Source: Erysipelotrichaceae bacterium (GTDB taxonomy: Bacteria > Bacillota_I > Bacilli_A > Erysipelotrichales > Erysipelotrichaceae). From it: a stretch of DNA of 32,000 nt. The DNA is taken from assembly GCA_017428765.1 (NCBI GenBank), contig JAFRQF010000005.1, positions 87,121 to 119,120 on the forward strand, in the 5' to 3' direction. Below are positions 1 through 8,299 of this stretch, piece after piece. Position 1 is the first letter of the stretch. Every line of letters starts with the position of its first letter. The notes below the pieces were generated by a model, which did no database searches, had not been told where the DNA came from, and saw nothing but the letters and a program-made list of their open reading frames with translations. Position numbers and translations under genes: made by a program.

Positions 1-390
1 GACGTGTTCGTGTTTTCCGTCATTCAATTCATCTTCGATGACCTGTGACATCGTGAATAAAGTGCCAGGTTCGATGCCCTTGGCCACATCGACGATGATC
101 TGTCCGTCTTCGATATATGGCGCAGCGTTTCTCGCTGTCCCTCTGACATAGACCGACGGCACCGCAAACAGCAGGATATCCTTGTCTTTGCAGACATCTT
201 CGATCTTCTTGGTGAAGACGATGCTTTCCGGGATGACCATACCCGGAAGGTTCTTATGTGTCCTTGTCGCAGACATATCGTCGATCTCTTTTTCGATCGC
301 CGACCATACCGTCACTTCTTTGTCATCATTTGCCAGCATCCTGGCCAGAGCCATTCCCCAGGTCCCGGCTCCGAGTACTCCAATTTTCAT
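1..390 (-). CDS. gpsA: NAD(P)H-dependent glycerol-3-phosphate dehydrogenase, N-terminal 130 codons (gene continues past the left edge)
   Basis: My own translation of the reverse strand from ATG at 390-388 gives MKIGVLGAGTWGMALARMLANDDKEVTVWSAIEKEIDDM... This is the GxGxxG Rossmann N-terminus typical of GpsA. An AGGAAGG RBS lies about 8 nt upstream. The gene is not in the ORF track because it is truncated by the window edge. Confidence 0.85.
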   Translation of the reverse strand, partial: MKIGVLGAGTWGMALARMLANDDKEVTVWSAIEKEIDDMSATRTHKNLPGMVIPESIVFTKKIEDVCKDKDILLFAVPSVYVRGTARNAAPYIEDGQIIVDVAKGIEPGTLFTMSQVIEDELNDGKHEHV

Positions 391-420
391 ATCTGATACC
401 TTCCTGATATTATTATAAAA

Positions 421-446
421 CTTTAAAAAAGGAACTTTCGTTCCTT
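421..446 (-). terminator. Rho-independent terminator after the aminotransferase gene
   Basis: Stem AAGGAAC / GTTCCTT (429-435 / 440-446) with a 4-nt loop. On the minus strand it is followed by a T-run (the plus-strand A-run at 425-430). It overlaps the stop codon at 445-447. Confidence 0.6.
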
Positions 447-1611
447 AAGAATGTCTGGCAAGAAAATGCTCAAGCTTTTCGATCGCGATCTTGATCTCAT
501 CGAGGGAATACGCGTAAGAGATACGCACATAGCCTTCGCCTGATTTGCCGAACGCATCGCCCGGCACGAGTGCGAGATTCTCTTCTTCCAGAAGCTTCTC
601 ACAGAAATCCTGTGAGTTCATCCCGCTGCATCTGATCGACGGGAAGACATAGAAGGCACCCTGCGGCATGTGGGTCTTGAGACCGATGCGGTTGAGTTCC
701 CTGACGATGTAATTGCGTCTCTGTCTGAAACTCTGAAACATCTCCTCGATATCGTCATCACCGTTGTATGCCGCTTCGATCGCCGCATACTGGCTCGGCG
801 TGGAGGCACACATGATCGTATACTGATGGACTTTATTGAACATATCGATCAGATCCCTGTGGGCAAGGATGTAGCCGACACGATAGCCCGTCATCGAATA
901 GGCTTTGGAGAAGCCGTTGATGACGATGACTCTGTCTTTTACTTCATCAAAACCTGCCAGAGAGAAATGCTTTCCTTCGTAGGTGAGTTCCGCATAGATC
1001 TCATCGGTGATCGCAAAGATGCCGCTTTCCTTTAAGATCGGGACGATCTTTGCGTAGTCTTCTTTCGTCATGATGCCGCCTGTCGGATTGCCCGGGAAGT
1101 TGAGGATGACGGCCTTGGTCTTAGGACTTAAGGCCTTCTTCAGAGCTTCCGGCGTCAGTTTGAACTGTTCCTCTTCCTTGAGGTCGACCTCGACGACCTT
1201 TGCCCCGGCCATCTCGATGATCGCCGCATAGGCGACATAGGCCGGTGTCGGAAGTATCACCTCATCGCCCGGCTGACACAGAGCACGCAGGACGACATCG
1301 ATGCCCTCCGATCCGCCGACGGTGACGATGACGTTTTCTTTCGGCGCATAGTCGATATTGAATTTGCGTTTATAGTAGGCGCAGATGGCTTCCTGTAAGA
1401 CAGGAAGACCCTTATTTCCGGTATAGAAGGTCCTTCCCTTTTCGATCGCATGGATGGCGGCTTCCCTGATATGCCAAGGAGTGATGAAATCCGGTTCGCC
1501 GACGCCTAAAGAGACGACACCTTTTTTGGTCGCGGCAATATCAAAGAATTTGCGGATGCCGCTGGGTTTCATATAACGGATGGTCTGATTGATCTCTTCA
1601 TCAAAAATCAT
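445..1611 (-). CDS. Class I/II PLP-dependent aminotransferase (AlaT/YugH-like)
   Basis: 388-aa ORF with NPTG (PGNPTG) and SKAYSMTGYRVGY (PLP-lysine region) motifs. Its ATG shares an ATGA overlap with the upstream AsnC-family regulator, the same arrangement as B. subtilis alaR-alaT. Confidence 0.9.
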   Translation of the reverse strand: MIFDEEINQTIRYMKPSGIRKFFDIAATKKGVVSLGVGEPDFITPWHIREAAIHAIEKGRTFYTGNKGLPVLQEAICAYYKRKFNIDYAPKENVIVTVGGSEGIDVVLRALCQPGDEVILPTPAYVAYAAIIEMAGAKVVEVDLKEEEQFKLTPEALKKALSPKTKAVILNFPGNPTGGIMTKEDYAKIVPILKESGIFAITDEIYAELTYEGKHFSLAGFDEVKDRVIVINGFSKAYSMTGYRVGYILAHRDLIDMFNKVHQYTIMCASTPSQYAAIEAAYNGDDDIEEMFQSFRQRRNYIVRELNRIGLKTHMPQGAFYVFPSIRCSGMNSQDFCEKLLEEENLALVPGDAFGKSGEGYVRISYAYSLDEIKIAIEKLEHFLARHS

Positions 1612-2090
1612 GGCGTCACCAAAAGCCTTTCATCATCATGTTCTCCTTCAAAGAAAGAGACACCGTATTTCTTGTATTCCTTGAGCACGAACATCGTCTC
1701 AGTGCCGTTGACCCCGTCGGTCGGAGCCAGTTTGTGGGCTACGAAAGAAGAAACTTCGCGCATGTTTTTACCATTTACCTGAAGCAGGAACTCCGCCTTG
1801 CCGGAGATCAGATACAGCGATTCGACTTCCGGATAGCGGGAGATCCTTTCCGCGATCTTGTCGTAGCCGGCAACTCTTTCCGGAACGCAGCTGACGAAGA
1901 TGATCGCCTTGGTGATCTCGACATCGGCCTTTTCCCAGTTGATGATGGTGTGATAGCCGGCGATGATCCCTTCTTTGCGGTAATCCTCGAGCTGTTTTCC
2001 GATCGTATCATCTTCTTCGCCCAGACAGGCTGCCAGGTCTTTTACTTCATAACGTGCATTATTTTCGATCAGTTTCAGTAATTCATTCAT
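1608..2090 (-). CDS. Lrp/AsnC-family transcriptional regulator (AlaR-like)
   Basis: 160 aa with an N-terminal HTH followed by an AsnC-type ligand-binding (RAM) domain pattern. It is translationally coupled to the aminotransferase. Confidence 0.88.
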   Translation of the reverse strand: MNELLKLIENNARYEVKDLAACLGEEDDTIGKQLEDYRKEGIIAGYHTIINWEKADVEITKAIIFVSCVPERVAGYDKIAERISRYPEVESLYLISGKAEFLLQVNGKNMREVSSFVAHKLAPTDGVNGTETMFVLKEYKKYGVSFFEGEHDDERLLVTP

Positions 2091-2103
2091 AGACTAAGGC
2101 CTC

Positions 2104-2148
2104 ACTCAATATTGAGTCAATTTTATCACTACAGGCTGACTTTTACAA
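2104..2148 (-). promoter_or_regulatory. Candidate sigma-A promoter plus 14-bp perfect palindrome (possible AsnC-family operator)
   Basis: On the minus strand: TTGTAA (2148-2143), a 17-nt spacer ending in TGA, then TAAAAT (2125-2120). The perfect palindrome ACTCAATATTGAGT (2117-2104) follows immediately, then GAGG and the ATG at 2090. Confidence 0.45.
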
Positions 2149-2156
2149 AAAGACCA

Positions 2157-2180
2157 TAAGAAAAACCTGCATCGCAGGTT
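2157..2180 (-). terminator. Rho-independent terminator after the GtrA-like gene
   Basis: Minus-strand RNA AACCTGC-GAT-GCAGGTT followed by TTTCTTA. It sits 8 nt after the stop codon at 2188-2190. Confidence 0.7.
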
Positions 2181-2187
2181 CATCAGT

Positions 2188-2694
2188 TTACGCTTCCGCT
2201 TTCTTCTCTTCCTTGTTTTTGAAGACGAAGATCTTCGAAATGAAGTAGTTTAAGATCGCCGTGACCGGGATCAGGATCAGCTTGATGATGCGCAAGTCAA
2301 AGTGTAAGATATCGACAAACAGTAAGATCGAGACCGATTCGACGCCCAGGGTGAAGATCCTGGCCGAGGCAAACTTCATCAGCTCGTTGATGAAGGAGTT
2401 GTTCGTCCTGTCGAAATAGAAATAACGGAACAGTACGAACGAGATCATCGTCGACATCATCCAGGCGATGACGTTGGCTACCGAGCCGTAGAGGTTGAAC
2501 GTCTTTGATAAGACGATCGTGAAGATGTAGTTGGAGACCGTCGAGATGAATCCTAAGAAGCAATAGATCCAGAAGGCCTTCTTCCATTCATAAAGCGGTT
2601 TTACGATGCGGATGATCGGCAGCGAGACGATCCAGTCAAAGATCGCGAACTGGGGCTTGCTGTTGACATCCTGTATGTTTTTGTTTTCTTCCAT
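2188..2694 (-). CDS. GtrA-family membrane protein
   Basis: 168 aa with about 4 hydrophobic helices. The layout is GtrA-like (...CFLGFISTVSNYIFTIVLSK...). Its ATG shares 1 nt with the stop codon of the upstream gene. Confidence 0.75.
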   Translation of the reverse strand: MEENKNIQDVNSKPQFAIFDWIVSLPIIRIVKPLYEWKKAFWIYCFLGFISTVSNYIFTIVLSKTFNLYGSVANVIAWMMSTMISFVLFRYFYFDRTNNSFINELMKFASARIFTLGVESVSILLFVDILHFDLRIIKLILIPVTAILNYFISKIFVFKNKEEKKAEA

Positions 2695-3860
2695 CAGATC
2701 AGTTCCTTTATCTTATACGCAAGTCCGTCGACGGTCTTCAAAGGTACGGAGCAGAGTCCGACCCGGATGCCCTTGTTGACCTTGATCGTGTAGATATGAT
2801 GATCGATGAGCTTCTGATGATCCTCATCGCGTTTTTTGTTGTCATCATAACGTATGGTCACAAAGAAACCGTCGCAAGACGTATATAATTCTAACCCACA
2901 ATCTTTCGCTTGTCTAATGAACAGATCCGTACGTTTCTTCAGCATCTGTTTCGCTTCTTCCAGCTCCTGATCATATTCCTGTCTATGATCTCTTAAGACT
3001 TCCGCGATGTTGATCATCGCCGCATTGTTGAGGTTGGACCAGGTCGCTCTGGCAAGTCTTGAACACAGGTTGATGTAATGATCCAGGAATTCCGGATCGT
3101 TGTTGACGGCGATCAGAGCGCCAAGCCTCTGGCCATAGTAAGAGAATGCCTTGGAACAGGAGGCACACAGAAGTACCAGCACATTGTCACTGATCTCATT
3201 GAACAGGGAGAAATACGCCTTCGGATCGCCTGTCGCATAATCGATATAGGCGATATCGCAGACCAAGACGGCTTCCTTTTCCAGAGAATTGAGTTTGTCG
3301 AAGATCTTCTTCCATTCCTCATAGGAATATGCCTGACCCAAAGGGTTCTGACAAGGTGAGTTGATGATCACAAAGACCTTGCCGTCAACGGAATCGATCT
3401 TATCAAAGAGATCTTGCAGATCATAGACGTCGTAGTTGAGCATCTTAAGATTATGTTCGGCAGCGATGACCTTGTAGTTGCCCCAGGCGATCTCAGGAAA
3501 GATGACGGTATCCCCTTCATCAAGACAGGACATGATGGCCGTGGCGATCGCTCCCGTACCGCCCGGTGTGGCGATGGCGCCGTGGTGATTGCTTACTCTT
3601 TGGTCGAGCACGAAGTCACTTACCAGTTCGATGTAGTCCTTGTTGCCGGCAGGCGAAGAGGCATAGGCCGCCCTTCTGGCAGCCGGGATCTTTGCCTCCT
3701 GCTCATAGACGCTCCTGAAGGTCAGAAGTTTTCCTTCCTCGTCATATAGACAGCCGGCCGTCGCATTGATGGCCAAAAGATCGGCCTTGGCGGCACCGAC
3801 GACGGAAAAGATCGTATCGACATAACGGTCCGTGTTTTCTTTCTTTCTGACAAATTTCAT
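2694..3860 (-). CDS. Class I PLP aminotransferase, AspC/TyrB-like (aspartate/aromatic subgroup)
   Basis: 388 aa. GGTGA, SPCQNPLG and SCSKAFSYYGQRLG motifs match the SKNFGLYxERVG PLP-lysine region of subgroup Ia enzymes. Confidence 0.82.
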   Translation of the reverse strand: MKFVRKKENTDRYVDTIFSVVGAAKADLLAINATAGCLYDEEGKLLTFRSVYEQEAKIPAARRAAYASSPAGNKDYIELVSDFVLDQRVSNHHGAIATPGGTGAIATAIMSCLDEGDTVIFPEIAWGNYKVIAAEHNLKMLNYDVYDLQDLFDKIDSVDGKVFVIINSPCQNPLGQAYSYEEWKKIFDKLNSLEKEAVLVCDIAYIDYATGDPKAYFSLFNEISDNVLVLLCASCSKAFSYYGQRLGALIAVNNDPEFLDHYINLCSRLARATWSNLNNAAMINIAEVLRDHRQEYDQELEEAKQMLKKRTDLFIRQAKDCGLELYTSCDGFFVTIRYDDNKKRDEDHQKLIDHHIYTIKVNKGIRVGLCSVPLKTVDGLAYKIKELI

Positions 3861-3864
3861 GATT

Positions 3865-4209
3865 TCACCTTTCTAACTGCTCTAAGATCGCAAATGCGAC
3901 CGCATAAGTCTTTTCATGTGAGATCGAGATCAGGATCTGATAGTCCTTGTATTCGATCTGCGGTTTTCCTTTCGCATCATTTACTATATTGAGCTCATTC
4001 ATGACAGGCACTTCCTCATCACTGAGTGCCTTGATGATGGCTTCTTTGGCGGCAAAACGTCCGGCAACGAACTGTACTTTCCTTTCTTCCTTCATGGAAG
4101 AGGCTTTTTCGATCTCTTCCTCGGAAAGCACTTTAGAAAGAAAAGATTCGCTCATTGCCTTGCGGACCCTTTCGATATCGACGATGTCCGTCCCTATCCC
4201 TTTGATCAT
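3865..4209 (-). CDS. acpS: Holo-[acyl-carrier-protein] synthase (4'-phosphopantetheinyl transferase)
   Basis: 114 aa with the canonical AcpS N-terminus MIKGIGTDIVDIERV and ...FAAKEA... Its start overlaps the rarA stop by 4 nt. Confidence 0.9.
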   Translation of the reverse strand: MIKGIGTDIVDIERVRKAMSESFLSKVLSEEEIEKASSMKEERKVQFVAGRFAAKEAIIKALSDEEVPVMNELNIVNDAKGKPQIEYKDYQILISISHEKTYAVAFAILEQLER

Positions 4210-5462
4210 CTGTAGAGTCCTTTCAGGTCGTTCGTCCTTTTGTTTTTCTTGAGTTCTTCGTAGACTGCCTTGAGCTGCTGCTCGTAGCGGTTGGCATTGA
4301 AGGATGGGAAAAGATCGATGTCTTTTATCTCATCGGGCAGATACTGTATCTTATGGAAACAGTCGTAGCGTTCATAGGAATACTTCTCGTCATTCGTCAG
4401 GCCCACCGGCGTCAGCTTGAGGTATTTTGGCATCTCATAGGCCTTGGAAGAAACGATATCTTCCGCCTTATGAATGGCATCCATGCCGGTACGCGATTTC
4501 GGCGACAGGCAGAGGTCGATGATGTGGATGCCCAAAGGGATGATCGCTTCCGGGAAGCCCACATATTCGGCAGCCTCACATGCCGCATAGGTCCTGGAGG
4601 CAAGCTGAGGATTGGCCAGCCCGATATCTTCATAGGCAATGACCAGAAGTCTTCTGCAGATCGAAGTGACTTCTTCCGCCTGCGCCAGTAAGGCCAGGTA
4701 ATACAAGGCGGCATTGACGTCCGATCCGCGTATCGATTTCTGTAAGGCCGATAAAAGGTCGTAATAGCCGTCTTCCGAACCGAAAGAACGGTTGTTGATA
4801 TTCTTGCAGTTGATCGAGACGATGTCTTTTGTGATATGCCCCTCATCCGATAAGACGGCTGAGATCTCTAAGATATTCAAGGCGAAGCGGATGTCGCCGT
4901 TGACGCAGTCACAGATCAGCTGCAGCGCATCCTCATCGATCGTGTATTGGTTATTGAGACCTTCTTGTGCTTTCAGGGCATGTTCTATGCCTTGCCGTAT
5001 GTCTTCATCGGACAGCGGTTCAAACCCAAACAAGTGGCATCTTGAGCGGATAGCCGGATTGATCGAATGGTAGGGGTTGGCCGTCGTCGCCCCGATCAGC
5101 AGGATCGAACCGTCTTCCACATGCGGTAACAGAAGGTCCTGCTTATCTTTGTTGAGGCGGTGCACCTCATCGCAGATCAGGATCAATTGTCCTGACATCT
5201 TCGCTTCGATGAAGATCTGGTCGAGATCTTTCTTGTTTCCGGTCACCGCATTGAAGCGTCGGTACGGACGTTTCAGTTCATTGGCAATGACTCTGGCCGT
5301 CGTGGTCTTTCCGGTACCCGGAGGACCGTAAAAGATGGCAGAAAACATCTGCCCCTTTTCGACACATTTGCGGATGACACCGTTTTTGCCGACCAGCTTC
5401 TTCTGACCCAGGATCTCATCCAGTGTCTTAGGACGCAGTCTATTGGCCAGTGGCTCCCTCAT
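4206..5462 (-). CDS. rarA: Replication-associated recombination protein A (AAA+ ATPase, MgsA/RarA)
   Basis: 418 aa. N-terminus LANRLRPKTLDEILGQ, Walker A GPPGTGKTT, Walker B ILICDEVHR, and a MgsA C-terminal domain pattern. Confidence 0.92.
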   Translation of the reverse strand: MREPLANRLRPKTLDEILGQKKLVGKNGVIRKCVEKGQMFSAIFYGPPGTGKTTTARVIANELKRPYRRFNAVTGNKKDLDQIFIEAKMSGQLILICDEVHRLNKDKQDLLLPHVEDGSILLIGATTANPYHSINPAIRSRCHLFGFEPLSDEDIRQGIEHALKAQEGLNNQYTIDEDALQLICDCVNGDIRFALNILEISAVLSDEGHITKDIVSINCKNINNRSFGSEDGYYDLLSALQKSIRGSDVNAALYYLALLAQAEEVTSICRRLLVIAYEDIGLANPQLASRTYAACEAAEYVGFPEAIIPLGIHIIDLCLSPKSRTGMDAIHKAEDIVSSKAYEMPKYLKLTPVGLTNDEKYSYERYDCFHKIQYLPDEIKDIDLFPSFNANRYEQQLKAVYEELKKNKRTNDLKGLYR

Positions 5463-6114
5463 TCTCTTTCTCCAGCATCGGGATCACGTCGCGGATATCA
5501 TGTGAGTGCAGGAAAGCTTCTTTCCTATCTTCCTCACTGACATAGGCCATATCTTCGATCAGAGCCAGACGGATGCCGGCAGATAAGGCTGCCCTCGAAC
5601 CGTTATGCCCGTCTTCGAGAACGAGAGCTTGACTCTTATCGATCTTGAAATAGTCTAAGGTCTTCAGATAGATCTCCGGATCCGGTTTCCCCTTTTCCAC
5701 CTGGTCACCGGTGACGATGTGATCGAAATATTCCAGGATACCGGCATTCTTCAGACACCGGTATGCCTGTTTCTTGTGGGTCGAGGTGGCGATCGCCATC
5801 AGATAGCCGTGCTTCTTGCAGTAATCGAGCACTTCCATCGCACCCGGCATCATCGGGATCGGAACGTTTTCGATCGTATAAGCGATGCCTTCGTTCATCA
5901 GCCGCATATACTCCTTGATCGGGAAATCTTTTCCCTTGTGCTCCGCGATCCTTCTTTCATAGATGTCCCAGCCGTTGCCCATCAAAGCTGTCAGAAATTC
6001 CACACTGATCGGATCTCCAAGCTTTGTGGAGACTTCCACGCCAAGTTTCGAATACATCTGTCTCTCGGAATCCAGAAGCAGTCCGTCCATATCAAAAATA
6101 ATCAGTTTTATCAT
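5440..6114 (-). CDS. HAD-IA family phosphatase (beta-phosphoglucomutase-like subfamily)
   Basis: The tracked ORF 5440..6444 has an Arg-rich N-terminal extension that overlaps psuG. The real start is taken as ATG 6114-6112, giving MIKLIIFDMDGLLLDSE (DxDG motif I), ATST (motif II) and GKPDPEIY...EDGHNG (motifs III/IV). There is no SD sequence, but a TATAAT lies 9 nt upstream. Confidence 0.82.
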   Translation of the reverse strand: MIKLIIFDMDGLLLDSERQMYSKLGVEVSTKLGDPISVEFLTALMGNGWDIYERRIAEHKGKDFPIKEYMRLMNEGIAYTIENVPIPMMPGAMEVLDYCKKHGYLMAIATSTHKKQAYRCLKNAGILEYFDHIVTGDQVEKGKPDPEIYLKTLDYFKIDKSQALVLEDGHNGSRAALSAGIRLALIEDMAYVSEEDRKEAFLHSHDIRDVIPMLEKENEGATGQ

Positions 6115-6123
6115 AGCAATACC

Positions 6124-6129
6124 ATTATA
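6124..6129 (-). promoter_or_regulatory. Candidate -10 box (TATAAT) giving a leaderless or near-leaderless HAD-rarA-acpS operon transcript
   Basis: Minus-strand TATAAT-GGTATTGCT-ATG. It lies directly downstream of the psuG terminator, and no SD sequence precedes the ATG. Confidence 0.35.
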
Positions 6130-6143
6130 TCTTACATGCCTCG

Positions 6144-6177
6144 CCAAAAAAGAAAAAGGTACAGCCATCGCTGTACC
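6144..6177 (-). terminator. Rho-independent terminator of psuK-psuG
   Basis: Minus-strand RNA GGTACAG-CGATGG-CTGTACC followed by TTTTTCTTTTTTGG. It sits 8 nt after the psuG stop codon. Confidence 0.8.
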
Positions 6178-6184
6178 ATATGTA

Positions 6185-7102
6185 CTATTTCTTGGAAAAT
6201 TCGACCGCAACTCTCGATGCGACTCTGGCGTTGTTGTAAGCCAGCTGCAGGTTGGAAGCCAGGGAATCGCCGCCTGTGAGATCCTTGATCGTCGCGAGCA
6301 GGAACGGAGTCGTTGCCTTGCCGTGGATCCCCTTCTCCTTGCACATCGCAAGGGCCTGATCGATGACCTTGTCGATGACTTTGTGATCCATCGAATATTC
6401 GTGCGGGATCGGATTGGCGACCAAGACGCCGCCTTGTAGGCCAAGGTCCCACTTGGTCTTTAAGATCTGTGCGACTTCCGCCGCATCTTTGACCTTGTAA
6501 TCGACGCCGAAGCCGGAAGCTTCGCAATAGAATGCCGGGAAGTTCTCCGTCTGATAGCCGAGTACCGGAACGCCGAATGTCTCCAGATATTCCAGCGTCA
6601 GACCGATATCCAATATCGATTTGCATCCTGCGGAAACGACACAGACATTGGTGTGGGCGAATTCCTGCAAGTCGGCAGAGATATCCATAGTCTCCTGTGC
6701 GCCTCTGTGGACACCGCCGATGCCGCCTGTGGCAAAGATGCGGATGCCTGCCATGTCGGCGATCAGCATCGTCGTAGCGACAGTCGTAGCTGCCGTCTGG
6801 CCGTTGCTCAGATAGACAGCGACGTCTCTTCTGGAAGCCTTGGCGATATTCTCGCCTTTGCACATGAGTTCGAGCTCATCGGCATTCAGACCGACCTTGA
6901 GCTTGCCGCCGATGATGGCTGTCGTTGCCGGAATGGCGCCTTCGCCTCTGACGATCTCTTCGACCTTATGGGCGAATTCGATGTTCTCGGGATACGGCAT
7001 GCCATGGGAAAGGATCGTCGATTCAAGTGCGACGACAGGTCTTCCTTCCTTGAGTGCCTGTTCGATCTCCGGAGTGATCGATAAGTAGTTCTGGTAATTC
7101 AT
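6185..7102 (-). CDS. psuG: Pseudouridine-5'-phosphate glycosidase
   Basis: 305 aa, collinear with my recollection of E. coli YeiN/PsuG (PVVALESTI.SHGMP, ATTVA.TM, FATGGIGGVHRGA...DISADL, GDSL.SN). ATGA overlap with psuK. Confidence 0.93.
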   Translation of the reverse strand: MNYQNYLSITPEIEQALKEGRPVVALESTILSHGMPYPENIEFAHKVEEIVRGEGAIPATTAIIGGKLKVGLNADELELMCKGENIAKASRRDVAVYLSNGQTAATTVATTMLIADMAGIRIFATGGIGGVHRGAQETMDISADLQEFAHTNVCVVSAGCKSILDIGLTLEYLETFGVPVLGYQTENFPAFYCEASGFGVDYKVKDAAEVAQILKTKWDLGLQGGVLVANPIPHEYSMDHKVIDKVIDQALAMCKEKGIHGKATTPFLLATIKDLTGGDSLASNLQLAYNNARVASRVAVEFSKK

Positions 7103-8202
7103 AGTTCTTTGTTCTCCTTTATGATCTGCTGCAATAGTCCGATGGACATGTTTTCATTGATCGCGCTGCAGGAACGGATGGCGGCGATGCCTGCCGATAA
7201 TCCGAGGTCGATGGTCTTTGAGATCTCAAGTCCCTTGACTTCCCCGTACAGGAAGGCTGCCATCAGGGCATCACCGGCACCTGAGGCATTGACCATGTGC
7301 TTTTCTTCCTTGAATGAAGAATAGATCCTATTTTCTTCATCCATATAAAAGATACCATCTTTTGACATCGAGATGAGGATCTTTTTGAGGCCCTGCTTCA
7401 GAAGTTTTTCGCAGGCCTTCTCGATATCTTCCTTATTCTCGACCTTCATATCCGCCAGCTGACCAAGTTCGCTGCGATTTGGTTTGATGAATTCGAAGTC
7501 CTTCACATAAGGACGGATCTTCCTGGCGAAATTATCGGAGATCGGATCGATGTAGATCGGTGTCCTGTCCTTACACACATCGATGATCGCTTCGATCGTC
7601 TCATCTGCCAGGGAAGGATCGATCACGACCAGTTTCGCATTGGCCAGCTCCCTTTTCTTGGAATAGATGAAGTCCGGCGATATCGCCTGCAAGACCGACA
7701 TGTCGCAGACCGCCATATACATGTCGTTGTCGTCGTCCTGCAGCTGGATGAAGATGCCCGAAGGCGATCCCTTGACTCTGATCGAATCGGAAAGATCGAT
7801 GCCGTTTTTCTTATAGTCTTCTTCGATCATCTTTCCATAGAGGTCATCGCCATAGGCTGTGATCATCTTTGCATTGGCACCCAGCATCGTGAAATTGGTG
7901 ATGATGTTGTGCATGACGCCGCCGACTGAAGAAACGATATCGGCAGGATGGTCGTAGTGTTTCCTCAGCGGGATCTGTGACTTGCCATAGACATCGACAT
8001 TGGAAGCGCCGATCCCTACGATGTAGTCTTCCTCGTCGGATACGATGTAGCCCTTGCCTAAAAGATATCCCTGTTTCATCAGCGATGAGATATGTACGGC
8101 AACTGTGCTTCTTGAGATATTTAACATCTCGGCGATCTGGCTTTGTTCGATGGTCGGATCGGCCTTGATGATCTCAAGGATCTCTTTTTCTTTGTTCGTC
8201 AT
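7099..8202 (-). CDS. psuK: Winged-HTH domain fused to a PfkB-family kinase (pseudouridine kinase-like)
   Basis: 367 aa. The N-terminal ~55 aa form an HTH (ILEIIKADPTIEQSQIAEMLNISRSTVAVHISSLMKQGYL). The remainder is a PfkB ribokinase fold with the NASGAGDA motif. It is coupled to psuG. No obvious SD sequence precedes the ATG. Confidence 0.82.
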   Translation of the reverse strand: MTNKEKEILEIIKADPTIEQSQIAEMLNISRSTVAVHISSLMKQGYLLGKGYIVSDEEDYIVGIGASNVDVYGKSQIPLRKHYDHPADIVSSVGGVMHNIITNFTMLGANAKMITAYGDDLYGKMIEEDYKKNGIDLSDSIRVKGSPSGIFIQLQDDDNDMYMAVCDMSVLQAISPDFIYSKKRELANAKLVVIDPSLADETIEAIIDVCKDRTPIYIDPISDNFARKIRPYVKDFEFIKPNRSELGQLADMKVENKEDIEKACEKLLKQGLKKILISMSKDGIFYMDEENRIYSSFKEEKHMVNASGAGDALMAAFLYGEVKGLEISKTIDLGLSAGIAAIRSCSAINENMSIGLLQQIIKENKEL

Positions 8203-8210
8203 ATTATTTA

Positions 8211-8237
8211 GCTATATAAGCACATGTTTATTATAGC
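8211..8237. promoter_or_regulatory. Imperfect inverted repeat in the psuK/rbr divergent region
   Basis: GCTATATAA (8211-8219) and TATTATAGC (8229-8237), with 7 of 9 positions complementary. It could be an operator for the HTH-PsuK fusion or a peroxide regulator. This is speculative. Confidence 0.2.
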
Positions 8238-8263
8238 ACGTCAAAGAAAAAAACATCAAAATA

Positions 8264-8272
8264 TGAGATAAT
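8264..8272 (+). promoter_or_regulatory. Candidate extended -10 promoter for rubrerythrin
   Basis: TGAGATAAT (TGn + GATAAT) lies about 28 nt upstream of the ATG, with an AAAGGAG RBS at 8286-8292. Confidence 0.4.
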
Positions 8273-8299
8273 ATCTGTAACAGTAAAAGGAGAAACACA

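Noticed and set aside
182-418. 78-aa plus-strand ORF at the left edge
   Set aside because: It is antisense to the clear GpsA N-terminus (MKIGVLGAGTWG...), starts at a non-ATG codon and has no RBS.
5440-6863. The Arg-rich N-terminal extension of the HAD ORF (to 6444) and the 243-aa ORF 6132..6863
   Set aside because: Both overlap psuG, whose product matches PsuG/YeiN along its full length, in other frames. Their sequences are Arg/Ser/Cys-rich nonsense. The HAD motif I (DMDG) lies a few residues after the internal Met at 6114, and a terminator for psuG lies inside the putative extension.
8203-8299. PerR-box upstream of the rubrerythrin gene
   Set aside because: Only a weak resemblance (TTTATTATAGC) to the TTATAATNATTATAA consensus. 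The imperfect inverted repeat is reported as a low-confidence feature, not called as PerR.
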